Under the pieces are notes generated by a model. It was given only the letters and a program-made list of their open reading frames with translations, had not been told where the DNA came from and ran no database searches. Positions 1 to 12,400 of a stretch of DNA of 64,000 nucleotides are shown here, one piece after another. Where the stretch lies: contig OZ024741.1 of assembly GCA_964016885.1 (NCBI GenBank), positions 130,882,001-130,946,000 on the forward strand. The letters are read 5' to 3'. A program made the position numbers and the translations under genes. This DNA is from Eledone cirrhosa (lineage: Eukaryota). Position 1 is the first letter of the stretch; each line of letters begins with the position of its first letter.

Positions 1-1379
1 CAGTGAACATATAACTTTACACATCATATTTGTCTGTGTAACTAGGGTTAGAAGCAGTGAACATATAACTTTACACATCATATTTGTCTGTGTAACTAGG
101 GTTAGAAGCAGTGAATATACAACTTGACACATCATATTTGTCTGTGTAACAAGGGTTGGAAGCAGTGAACATATAACTTTACACATCATATTTGTCTGTG
201 TAACTAGGATTGGAAGCGGTGAACATATAATTTTACACATCATATTTGTCTGTGTAACTGGGGTTGGAAGCAGTAAATATATGACTTTACACATCATATT
301 TGTCTGTGTAACTAGGGCTGGAAGCAGTGAACATATAACTTTACACATCATATTTGTCTGTGTAACTAGGGTTGGAAGCAGTGAACATATAACTTTACAC
401 ATCATATTTGTCTGTGTAACTAGGGCTGGAAGCAGTGAACATATAACTTTACACATCATATTTGTCTGTGTAACTAGGGTTGGAAGCAGTGAACATATAA
501 CTTTACACATCATATTTGTCTGTGTAACTAGGGCTGGAAGCAGTGAACATATAACTTTACACATCATATTTGTCTGTGTAACTAGGGTTGGAAGCAGTGA
601 ACATATAACTTTACACATCATATTTGTCTGTGTAACTAGGGTTAGAAGCAGTGAACATATAACTTTACACATCATATTTGTCTGTGTAACTAGGGTTAGA
701 AGCAGTGAATATACAACTTGACACATCATATTTGTCTGTGTAACTAGGGTTGGAAGCAGTGAACATATAACTTTACACATCATATTTGTCTCTGCAACTA
801 GGGTTGGAAGCAGTGAACATATAACTTTACACATCATATTTGTCACAGTAACTAGGGTTGGAAGCAGTGAACATATAACTTTACGCATCATATTTGTCTG
901 TGTAACTGGGGTTGGAAGCAGTGAATATATAACTTTACACATCATATTTGTCTGTGTAACTAGGGTTGGAAGCAGTGAACATATAACTTTACACATCATA
1001 TTTGTCTGTGTAACTAGGGTTGGAAGCAGTGAACATATAACTTTACACATCATATTTGTCACAGTAACTAGGGTTGGAAGCAGTGAACATATAACTTTAC
1101 ACATCATATTTGTCTGTGTAACTAGGGTTGGAAGCAGTGAACATACAACTTTACACATCATATTTGTCTGTGTAACTAGGGTTAGAAGCAGTGAACATAT
1201 AACTTTACACATCATATTTGTCTGCGTAACTAGGGTTGGAAGCAGTGAACATATAACTTTATACATCATATTTGTCTGTGTAACTAGGGTTGGAAGCAGT
1301 GAACATATAACTTTACACATCATATTTGTCTGTGTAACTAGGGTTGGAATCAGTGAACATATAACTTTACACATCATAT

Positions 1380-2780
1380 TTGTCTGTGTAACTAGGGTTG
1401 GAAGAAGTGAACATATAACTTTACACATCATATTTGTGTGTGTAACTAGGTTTGGAAGCAGTGAACATATAACTTTACACATCATATTTGTCTGTGTAAC
1501 TAGGGTTGGAAGAGGTGAACATATAACTTTACACATCATATTTGTCTGTGTAACTAGGGTTGGAAGCAGTGAACATATAACTTTACACATCATATTTGTC
1601 TGTGTAACTAGGGTTGGAAGCGGTGAACATATAACTTTACACATCATATTTGTCTGTTTAACTAGGGTTGGTAGCAGTGAACATATAACTTTTCACATCA
1701 TATTTGCCTGTGTAACTAGGGTTGGAAGCGGTGAACATATAACTTTACACATAATATTTGTCTGTGTAACTAGGGTTGGAAGCGGTGAACATATAATTTT
1801 ACACATCATATTTGTCTGTGGAACTAGGGTTGGAAGGGGTGAACATATAACTTTACACATCATATTTGTCTGTGTAACTAGGGTTGGAAGCAGTAAACAT
1901 ATAACTTCACACATCATATTTGTCTGTGTAACTAGGGCTGGAAGCAGTGAACATATAACTTTACACATCATATTTGTCTGCGTAACTCGGGTTGGAAGCG
2001 GTGAACATATAATTTTACACATCATATTTGTCTGTGTAACTAGGGTTGGAAGCGGTGAACATATAATTTTACACATCATATTTGTCTGTGTAACTAGGGT
2101 TGGAAGAAGTGAACATATAACTTTACACATCATATTTGTGTGTGTAACTAGGTTTGGAAGCAGTGAACATATAACTTTACACATCATATTTGTCTGTGTA
2201 ACTAGGGTTGGAAGAGGTGAACATATAACTTTACACATCATATTTGTCTGTGTAACTAGGGTTGGAAGCAGTGAACATATAACTTTACACATCATATTTG
2301 TCTGTGTAACTAGGGTTGGAAGCGGTGAACATATAACTTTACACATCATATTTGTCTGTTTAACTAGGGTTGGTAGCAGTGAACATATAACTTTTCACAT
2401 CATATTTGTCTGTGTAACTAGGGTTGGAAGCGGTGAACATATAACTTTACACATAATATTTGTCTGTGTAACTAGGGTTGGAAGCGGTGAACATATAATT
2501 TTACACATCATATTTGTCTGTGGAACTAGGGTTGGAAGGGGTGAACATATAACTTTACACATCATATTTGTCTGTGTAACTAGGGTTGGAAGCAGTAAAC
2601 ATATAACTTCACACATCATATTTGTCTGTGTAACTAGGGCTGGAAGCAGTGAACATATAACTTTACACATCATATTTGTCTGCGTAACTCGGGTTGGAAG
2701 CGGTGAACATATAATTTTACACATCATATTTGTCTGTGTAACTAGGGTTGGAAGCGGTGAACATATAATTTTACACATCA
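1380..2780. repeat. Tandem duplication with a 13-monomer (702 bp) period
   Basis: The same ordered variant string recurs: GAAGAAGT at 1401/2103, the TTTTCAC variant at ~1691/2393 and CATAATA at ~1750/2452. The minus-strand ORF stops at 1693 and 2395 differ by 702. Confidence 0.85.
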
Positions 2781-5350
2781 TATTTGTCTGTGTAACTGGG
2801 GTTGGAAGCAGTAAACATATAACTTTACACATCATATTTGTCTGTGTAACTAGGGCTGGAAGCAGTGAACATATAACTTTACACATCATATTTGTCTGCG
2901 TAACTCGGGTTGGAAGCGGTGAACATATAATTTTACACATCATATTTGTCTGTGTAACTGGGGTTGGAAGCAGTAAACATATAACTTTACACATCATATT
3001 TGTCTGTGTAACTAGGGCTGGAAGCAGTGAACATATAACTTTACACATCATATTTGTCTGTGTAACTAGGGTTGGAAGCAGTGAACATATAACTTTACAC
3101 ATCATATTTCTCTGTGTAACTAGGGTTGGAAGCAGTGAACATATAACTTTATACATCATATTTGTCTATGTAACTAGGGTTGGAAGATGTGAACATATAA
3201 CTTTACACATCATATTTGTGTGTGTAACTAGGTTTGGAAGCAGTGAACATATAACTTTACACATCATATTTGTCTGTGTAACTAGGGTTGGAAGAGGTGA
3301 ACATATAACTTTACACATCATATTTGTCTGTGTAACTAGGGTTGGAAGCAGTGAACATATAACTTTACACATCATATTTGTCTGTGTAACTAGGGTTGGA
3401 AGCGGTGAACATATAACTTTACACATCATATTTGTCTGTTTAACTAGGGTTGGTAGCAGTGAACATATAACTTTACACATCATATTTGTCTGTGTAACTA
3501 GGGTTGGAAGCGGTGAACATATAATTTTACACATCATATTTGTCTGTGGAACTTGGGTTGGAAGGGGTGAACATATAACTTTACACATCATATTTGTCTG
3601 TGTAACTAGGGTTGGAAGCAGTAAACATATAACTTTACACATCATATTTGTCTGTGTAACTAGGGCTGGAAGCAGTGAACATATAACTTTACACATCATA
3701 TTTGTCTGCGTAACTCGGGTTGGAAGCGGTGAACATATAATTTTACACATCATATTTGTCTGTGAAACTAGGGTTGGAAGCGGTGAACATATAATTTTAC
3801 ACATCATATTTGTCTGTGTAACTAGGGTTGGAAGCAGTGAACATATAACTTTACACATCATATTTGTCTGTGTAACTAGGGTTGGAAGCGGTGAACATAT
3901 AACTTTACACATCATATTTGTCTGTTTAACTAGGGTTGGTAGCAGTGAACATATAACTTTTCACATCATATTTGTCTGTGTAACTAGGGTTGGAAGCGGT
4001 GAACATATAACTTTACACATAATATTTGTCTGTGTAACTAGGGTTGGAAGCGGTGAACATATAATTTTACACATCATATTTGTCTGTGGAACTAGGGTTG
4101 GAAGGGGTGAACATATAACTTTACACATCATATTTGTCTGTGTAACTAGGGTTGGAAGCAGTAAACATATAACTTCACACATCATATTTGTCTGTGTAAC
4201 TAGGGCTGGAAGCAGTGAACATATAACTTTACACATCATATTTGTCTGCGTAACTCGGGTTGGAAGCGGTGAACATATAATTTTACACATCATATTTGTC
4301 TGTGTAACTAGGGTTGGAAGCGGTGAACATATAATTTTACACATCATATTTGTCTGTGTAACTGGGGTTGGAAGCAGTAAACATATAACTTTACACATCA
4401 TATTTGTCTGTGTAACTAGGGCTGGAAGCAGTGAACATATAACTTTACACATCATATTTGTCTGCGTAACTCGGGTTGGAAGCGGTGAACATATAATTTT
4501 ACACATCATATTTGTCTGTGTAACTGGGGTTGGAAGCAGTAAACATATAACTTTACACATCATATTTGTCTGTGTAACTAGGGCTGGAAGCAGTGAACAT
4601 ATAACTTTACACATCATATTTGTCTGTGTAACTAGGGTTGGAAGCAGTGAACATATAACTTTACACATCATATTTCTCTGTGTAACTAGGGTTGGAAGCA
4701 GTGAACATATAACTTTATACATCATATTTGTCTATGTAACTAGGGTTGGAAGATGTGAACATATAACTTTACACATCATATTTGTGTGTGTAACTAGGTT
4801 TGGAAGCAGTGAACATATAACTTTACACATCATATTTGTCTGTGTAACTAGGGTTGGAAGAGGTGAACATATAACTTTACACATCATATTTGTCTGTGTA
4901 ACTAGGGTTGGAAGCAGTGAACATATAACTTTACACATCATATTTGTCTGTGTAACTAGGGTTGGAAGCGGTGAACATATAACTTTACACATCATATTTG
5001 TCTGTTTAACTAGGGTTGGTAGCAGTGAACATATAACTTTACACATCATATTTGTCTGTGTAACTAGGGTTGGAAGCGGTGAACATATAATTTTACACAT
5101 CATATTTGTCTGTGGAACTTGGGTTGGAAGGGGTGAACATATAACTTTACACATCATATTTGTCTGTGTAACTAGGGTTGGAAGCAGTAAACATATAACT
5201 TTACACATCATATTTGTCTGTGTAACTAGGGCTGGAAGCAGTGAACATATAACTTTACACATCATATTTCTCTGCGTAACTCGGGTTGGAAGCGGTGAAC
5301 ATATAATTTTACACATCATATTTGTCTGTGAAACTAGGGTTGGAAGCGGT
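2230..5350. repeat. Tandem duplication with a 29-monomer (1566 bp) period
   Basis: The minus-strand ORFs 2395..3159 and 3961..4725 translate identically (offset 1566). GAAGATGT occurs at 3183/4749 and GGAACTTGGG at ~3548/5114. Confidence 0.85.
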
Positions 5351-6489
5351 GAACATATAATTTTACACATCATATTTGTCTGTGTAACTGGGGTTGGAAG
5401 CAGTAAACATATAACTTTACACATCATATTTGTCTGTGTAACTAGGGCTGGAAGCAGTGAACATATAACATTACACATCATATTTGTCTGCGTAACTCGG
5501 GTTGGAAGCGGTGAACATATAATTTTACACATCATATTTGTCTGTGTAACTGGGGTTGGAAGCAGTAAACATATAACTTTACACATCATATTTGTCTGTG
5601 TAACTAGGGCTGGAAGCAGTGAACATATAACTTTACACATCATATTTGTCTGCGTAACTCGGGTTGGAAGCGGTGAACATATAATTTTACACATCATATT
5701 TGTCTGTTTAACTAGGGTTGGTAGCAGTGAACATATAACTTTTCACATCATATTTGTCTGTGTAACTAGGGTTGGAAGCGGTGAACATATAACTTTACAC
5801 ATAATATTTGTCTGTGTAACTAGGGTTGGAAGCGGTGAACATATAATTTTACACATCATATTTGTCTGTGGAACTAGGGTTGGAAGGGGTGAACATATAA
5901 CTTTACACATCATATTTGTCTGTGTAACTAGGGTTGGAAGCAGTAAACATATAACTTCACACATCATATTTGTCTGTGTAACTAGGGCTGGAAGCAGTGA
6001 ACATATAACTTTACACATCATATTTGTCTGCGTAACTCGGGTTGGAAGCGGTGAACATATAATTTTACACATCATATTTGTCTGTGTAACTAGGGTTGGA
6101 AGCGGTGAACATATAATTTTACACATCATATTTGTCTGTGTAACTGGGGTTGGAAGCAGTAAACATATAACTTTACACATCATATTTGTCTGTGTAACTA
6201 GGGCTGGAAGCAGTGAACATATAACTTTACACATCATATTTGTCTGCGTAACTCGGGTTGGAAGCGGTGAACATATAATTTTACACATCATATTTGTCTG
6301 TGTAACTGGGGTTGGAAGCAGTAAACATATAACTTTACACATCATATTTGTCTGTGTAACTAGGGCTGGAAGCAGTGAACATATAACTTTACACATCATA
6401 TTTGTCTGCGTAACTCGGGTTGGAAGCGGTGAACATATAATTTTACACATCATATTTGTCTGTGTAACTGGGGCTGGAAGCAGTAAACA

Positions 6490-9400
6490 TATAACTTTAC
6501 ACATCATATTTGTCTGTGTAACTAGGGTTGGAAGCAGTGAACATATAACTTTACACATCATATTTGTCTATGTAACTAGGGTTGGAAGCAGTGAACATAT
6601 AACTTTACACATCATATTTGTCTGTGTAACTAGGGTTGGAAGCAGTGAACATATAACTTTACACATCATATTTGTCTGTGTAACTAGGGTTGGAAGCAGT
6701 GAACATATAACTTTACACATCATATTTCTCTGTGTAACTAGGGTTGGAAGCAGTGAACATATAACTTTATACATCATATTTGTCTGTGTAACTAGGGTTG
6801 GAAGATGTGAACATATAACTTTACACATCATATTTGTGTGTGTAACTAGGTTTGGAAGCAGTGAACATATAACTTTACACATCATATTTGTCTGTGTAAC
6901 TAGGGTTGGAAGAGGTGAACATATAACTTTACACATCATATTTGTCTGTGTAACTAGGGTTGGTAGCAGTGAACATATAACTTTGCACATCATATTTGTC
7001 TGTGTAACTAGGGTTGGAAGCGGTGAACATATAATTTTACACATCATATTTGTCTGTGGAACTTGGGTTGGAAGGGGTGAACATATAACTTTACACATCA
7101 TATTTGTCTGTGTAACTAGGGTTGGAAGCAGTAAACATATAACTTTACACATCATATTTGTCTGTGTAACTAGGGCTGGAAGCAGTGAACATATAACTTT
7201 ACACATCATATTTGTCTGCGTAACTCGGGTTGGAAGCGGTGAACATATAATTTTACACATCATATTTGTCTGTGAAACTAGGGTTGGAAGCGGTGAACAT
7301 ATAATTTTACACATCATATTTGTCTGTGTAACTGGGGTTGGAAGCAGTAAACATATAACTTTACACATCATATTTGTCTGTGTAACTAGGGCTGGAAGCA
7401 GTGAACATATAACTTTACACATCATATTTGTCTGCGTAACTCGGGTTGGAAGCGGTGAACATATAATTTTACACATCATATTTGTCTGTGTAACTGGGGC
7501 TGGAAGCAGTAAACATATAACTTTACACATCATATTTGTCTGTGTAACTAGGGTTGGAAGCAGTGAACATATAACTTTACACATCATATTTGTCTATGTA
7601 ACTAGGGTTGGAAGCAGTGAACATATAACTTTACACATCATATTTGTCTGTGTAACTAGGGTTGGAAGCAGTGAACATATAACTTTACACATCATATTTG
7701 TCTGTGTAACTAGGGTTGGAAGCAGTGAACATATAACTTTACACATCATATTTCTCTGTGTAACTAGGGTTGGAAGCAGTGAACATATAACTTTATACAT
7801 CATATTTGTCTGTGTAACTAGGGTTGGAAGCAGTGAACATATAACTTTACACATCATATTTGTCTGTGTAACTAGGGTTGGAATCAGTGAACATATAACT
7901 TTACACATCATATTTGTCTGTGTAACTAGGGTTGGAAGAAGTGAACATATAACTTTACACATCATATTTGTGTGTGTAACTAGGTTTGGAAGCAGTGAAC
8001 ATATAACTTTACACATCATATTTGTCTGTGTAACTAGGGTTGGAAAAGGTGAACATATAACTTTACACATCATATTTGTCTGTGTAACTAGGGTTGGAAG
8101 CAGTGAACATATAACTTTACACATCATATTTGTCTGTGTAAATAGGGTTGGAAGCGGTGAACATATAACTTTACACATCATATTTGTCTGTTTAACTAGG
8201 GTTGGTAGCAGTGAACATATAACTTTACACATCATATTTGTCTGTGTAAGTAGGGTTGGAAGCGGTGAACATATAACTTTACACATCATATTTGTCCGTG
8301 TAACTAGGGTTGGAAGCAGTGAACATATAACTTTACACATCATACTTGTCTGTGTAACTAGGGTTGGAAGCGGTGAACATATAACTTTACACATCATATT
8401 TGTCTGTGTAACTAGGGTTGGAAGCGGTGAACATATAACTTTACACATCATATTTGTCTGCGTAACTCGGGTTGGAAGCGGTGAACATATAACTTTACAC
8501 ATCATATTTGTCTGCGTAACTAGGGTTGGAAGTAGTGAACATATAACTTTACACATCATATTTGTCTGTGTAACTCGGTTTGGAAGCGGTGAACATATAA
8601 CTTTAAACATCATATTTGTCTGCGTAACTCGGGTTGGAAGCGGTGAACATATAACTTTACACATCATATTTGTCTGTGGAACTAGGGTTGGAAGCCGTGA
8701 ACATATAACTTTACACATCATACTTGTCTGTGTAACTAGGGTTGGAAGCGGTGAACATATAACTTTACACATCATATTTGTCCGTGGAACTAGGGTTGGA
8801 AGCAGTGAACATATAACTTTACACATCATATTTGTCTGTGTAACTAGGGTTGGAAGCAGTGAACATAGAACTTTACACATCATATTTGTCTGTGTAACTA
8901 GTGTTGGAAGCAGTGAACATATAACTTTACACATCATAGTTGTCTGTGTAACTAGGGTTGGAAGCGGTGAACATATTTACTTTACACATCATATTTGTCT
9001 GTGTAACTAGAGTTGGAAGCGGTGAACATATAACTTTACACATCATATTTGTCTGTGTAACTAGGGTTGGAAGCGGTGAACATATAACTTTACACATCAT
9101 ATTTGTCTGTGTAACTAGGGTTGGAAGCAGTGAAAATATAACTTTACACATCATATTTGTCTGTGTAACTAGGGTTGGAAGCGGTGAACATATAACTTTA
9201 CACATCATATTTGTCTGTGTAACTATGGTTGGAAGCGGTAAACATATAACTTTACACATCATATTTGTCTGTGTAACTAGGGTTGGAAGCAGTGAACATA
9301 CAACTTTACACATCATATTTGTCTGTGTAACTATGTTTGGAAGCAGTGAACATATAACTTTACACATCATATTTGTCTGTGTAACTAGGGTTGGAAGCAG

Positions 9401-12400
9401 TGTACATATAACTTTACACATCATATTTGTCTGTGTAACTAGGGTTGGAAGCGGTGAACATATAACTTTAAACATCATATTTGTCTGTGTAACTAGGGTT
9501 TGAAGCGGTGAACATATAACTTTACACATCATATTTGTCTGTATAACTAGGGTTGGAAGCAGTGAACATATAACTTTACACATCATATTTGTCTGTGTAA
9601 CTAGGGTTGGAAGCAGTGAACATATAACTTTACACATCATATTTGTCTGTGTAACCAGGGTTGGAAGCGGTGAACATATAACTTTACACATCATATTTGT
9701 CTGTGTAACTAGGGTTGGCAGAGGTGAACATATAACTTTACACATCATATTTGTCTGTGTAACTAGGGTTGGAAGCAGTGAACATATAACTTTACACATC
9801 ATATTTGTCTGTGTAAGTAGGGTTGGAAGCGGTGAACATATAACTTTACACATCATATTTGTCTGTTTAACTAGGGTTGGTAGCAGTGAACATATAACTT
9901 TACACATCATATTTGTCTGTGTAACTAGGGTTGGAAGCCGTGAACATATAATTTTACACATCATATTTCTCTGTGTAACTGGGGTTGGAAGCAGTAAACA
10001 TATAACTTTACACATCATATTTGTCTGTGTAACTAGGGCTGGAAGCAGTGAACATATAACTTTACACATCATATTTGTCTGCGTAACTCGGGTTGGAAGC
10101 GGTGAACATATAATTTTACACATCATATTTGTCTGTGGAACTAGGGTTGGAAGGGGTGAACATATAACTTTACACATCATATTTGTCTGTGTAACTAGGG
10201 TTGGTAGCAGTGAACATATAACTTTACACATCATATTTGTCTGTGTAACTAGGGTTGGAAGCCGTGAACATATAATTTTACACATCATATTTCTCTGTGT
10301 AACTGGGGTTGGAAGCAGTAAACATATAACTTTACACATCATATTTGTCTGTGTAACTAGGGCTGGAAGCAGTGAACATATAACTTTACACATCATATTT
10401 GTCTGCGTAACTCGGGTTGGAAGCGGTGAACATATAATTTTACACATCATATTTGTCTGTGGAACTAGGGTTGGAAGGGGTGAACATATAACTTTACACA
10501 TCATATTTGTCTGCGTAACTCGGGTTGGAAGCGGTGAACATATAACTTTATACATCATATTTGTCTGTGTAACTAGGGTTGGAAGCCGTGAACATATAAT
10601 TTTACACATCATATTTCTCTGTGTAACTGGGGTTGGAAGCAGTAAACATATAACTTTACACATCATATTTGTCTGTGTAACTAGGGCTGGAAGCAGTGAA
10701 CATATATCTTTACACATCATATTTGTCTGCGTAACTCGGGTTGGAAGCGGTGAACATATAATTTTACACATCATATTTGTCTGTGTAACTAGGGTTGGAA
10801 GCGGTGAACATATAACTTTACACATCATATTTGTCTGTGTAACCAGGGTTGGAAGCGGTGAACATATAACTTTACACATCATATTTGTCTGTGTAACTAG
10901 GGTTGGAAGCAGTGAACATAGAACTTTACACATCATATTTGTCTGTGTAACTAGGGTTGGAAGCAGTGAACATATAACGTAACACATCATATTTGTCTGT
11001 GTAACTAGGGTTGGAAGCGGTGAACATATAACGTTACACATCATATTTGTCTGTGTAACTAGGTTTGGAAGCAGTGAACATATAACTTTACACATCATAT
11101 TTGTCTGTGTAACTAGGGTTGGAAGCGGTGAACATATAACTTTACACATCATATTTCTCTGTGTAACTAGGGTTGGAAGCGGTGAACATATAACTTTACA
11201 CATCATATTTGTCTGTGTAACTAGGGTTGGAAGCAGTTAACATACAACTTTACACATCATATTTGTCTGTGTTACTAGGGTTGGAAGCAGTGAACATATA
11301 ACTTTACACATCATATTTGTCTGTGTAAGTAGGGTTGGAAGCGGTGAACATATAACTTTACACATCATATTTGTCCGTGTAACTAGGGTTGGAAGCAGTG
11401 AACATATAACTTTACACATCATACTTATCTGTGTAAATAGGGTTGGAAGCGGTGAACATATAACTTTACACATCATAATTGTCTGTGTAACTAGGGTTGG
11501 AAGCAGTGAACATATAACTTTACACATCATATTTGTCTGTGTAACTAGGTTTGGAAGCGGTGAACATATAACTTTACACATCATATTTGTCTGTGTAACT
11601 AGGGTTGGAAGCGGTAAACATATAACTTTACACATCATATTTGTCTGTGTAACTAGGGTTGGCAGAGGTGAACATATAACTTTACACATCATATTTGTCT
11701 GTGTAACTAGGGTTGGAAGCAGTGAACATATAACTTTACACATCATATTTGTCTGTGTAAGTAGGGTTGGAAGCGGTGAACATATAACTTTACACATCAT
11801 ATTTGTCTGTTTAACTAGGGTTGGTAGCAGTGAACATATAACTTTACACATCATATTTGTCTGTGTAACTAGGGTTGGAAGCCGTGAACATATAATTTTA
11901 CACATCATATTTCTCTGTGTAACTGGGGTTGGAAGCAGTAAACATATAACTTTACACATCATATTTGTCTGTGTAACTAGGGCTGGAAGCAGTGAACATA
12001 TAACTTTACACATCATATTTGTCTGCGTAACTCGGGTTGGAAGCGGTGAACATATAATTTTACACATCATATTTGTCTGTGGAACTAGGGTTGGAAGGGG
12101 TGAACATATAACTTTACACATCATATTTGTCTGTGTAACTAGGGTTGGTAGCAGTGAACATATAACTTTACACATCATATTTGTCTGTGTAACTAGGGTT
12201 GGAAGCCGTGAACATATAATTTTACACATCATATTTCTCTGTGTAACTGGGGTTGGAAGCAGTAAACATATAACTTTACACATCATATTTGTCTGTGTAA
12301 CTAGGGCTGGAAGCAGTGAACATATAACTTTACACATCATATTTGTCTGCGTAACTCGGGTTGGAAGCGGTGAACATATAATTTTACACATCATATTTGT

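Noticed and set aside
1-54. Tandem tRNA, 5S, spliced-leader or other small RNA gene array
   Set aside because: The unit is too short, with no cloverleaf or convincing Pol III A/B boxes. The TTCGAA variant is only a single substitution in a subset of monomers.
43-54. G-quadruplex-forming repeat
   Set aside because: There is only one GGG run and one GG per 54 bp, so the loops would be too long for a canonical G4.
281-721. Zinc-finger or metal-binding repeat suggested by periodic His and Cys residues
   Set aside because: The spacing (HxxxH, one Cys per 18 aa) does not fit C2H2 (28-aa period, CxxC) or other motifs I know.
1436-9010. 2524-aa plus-strand ORF (and 14112..17003 etc.) as a real CDS
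   Set aside because: It is a pure translation of the satellite. The start is a chance GTG variant, there are no unique domains, and frameshifts and stops are freely duplicated along the array.
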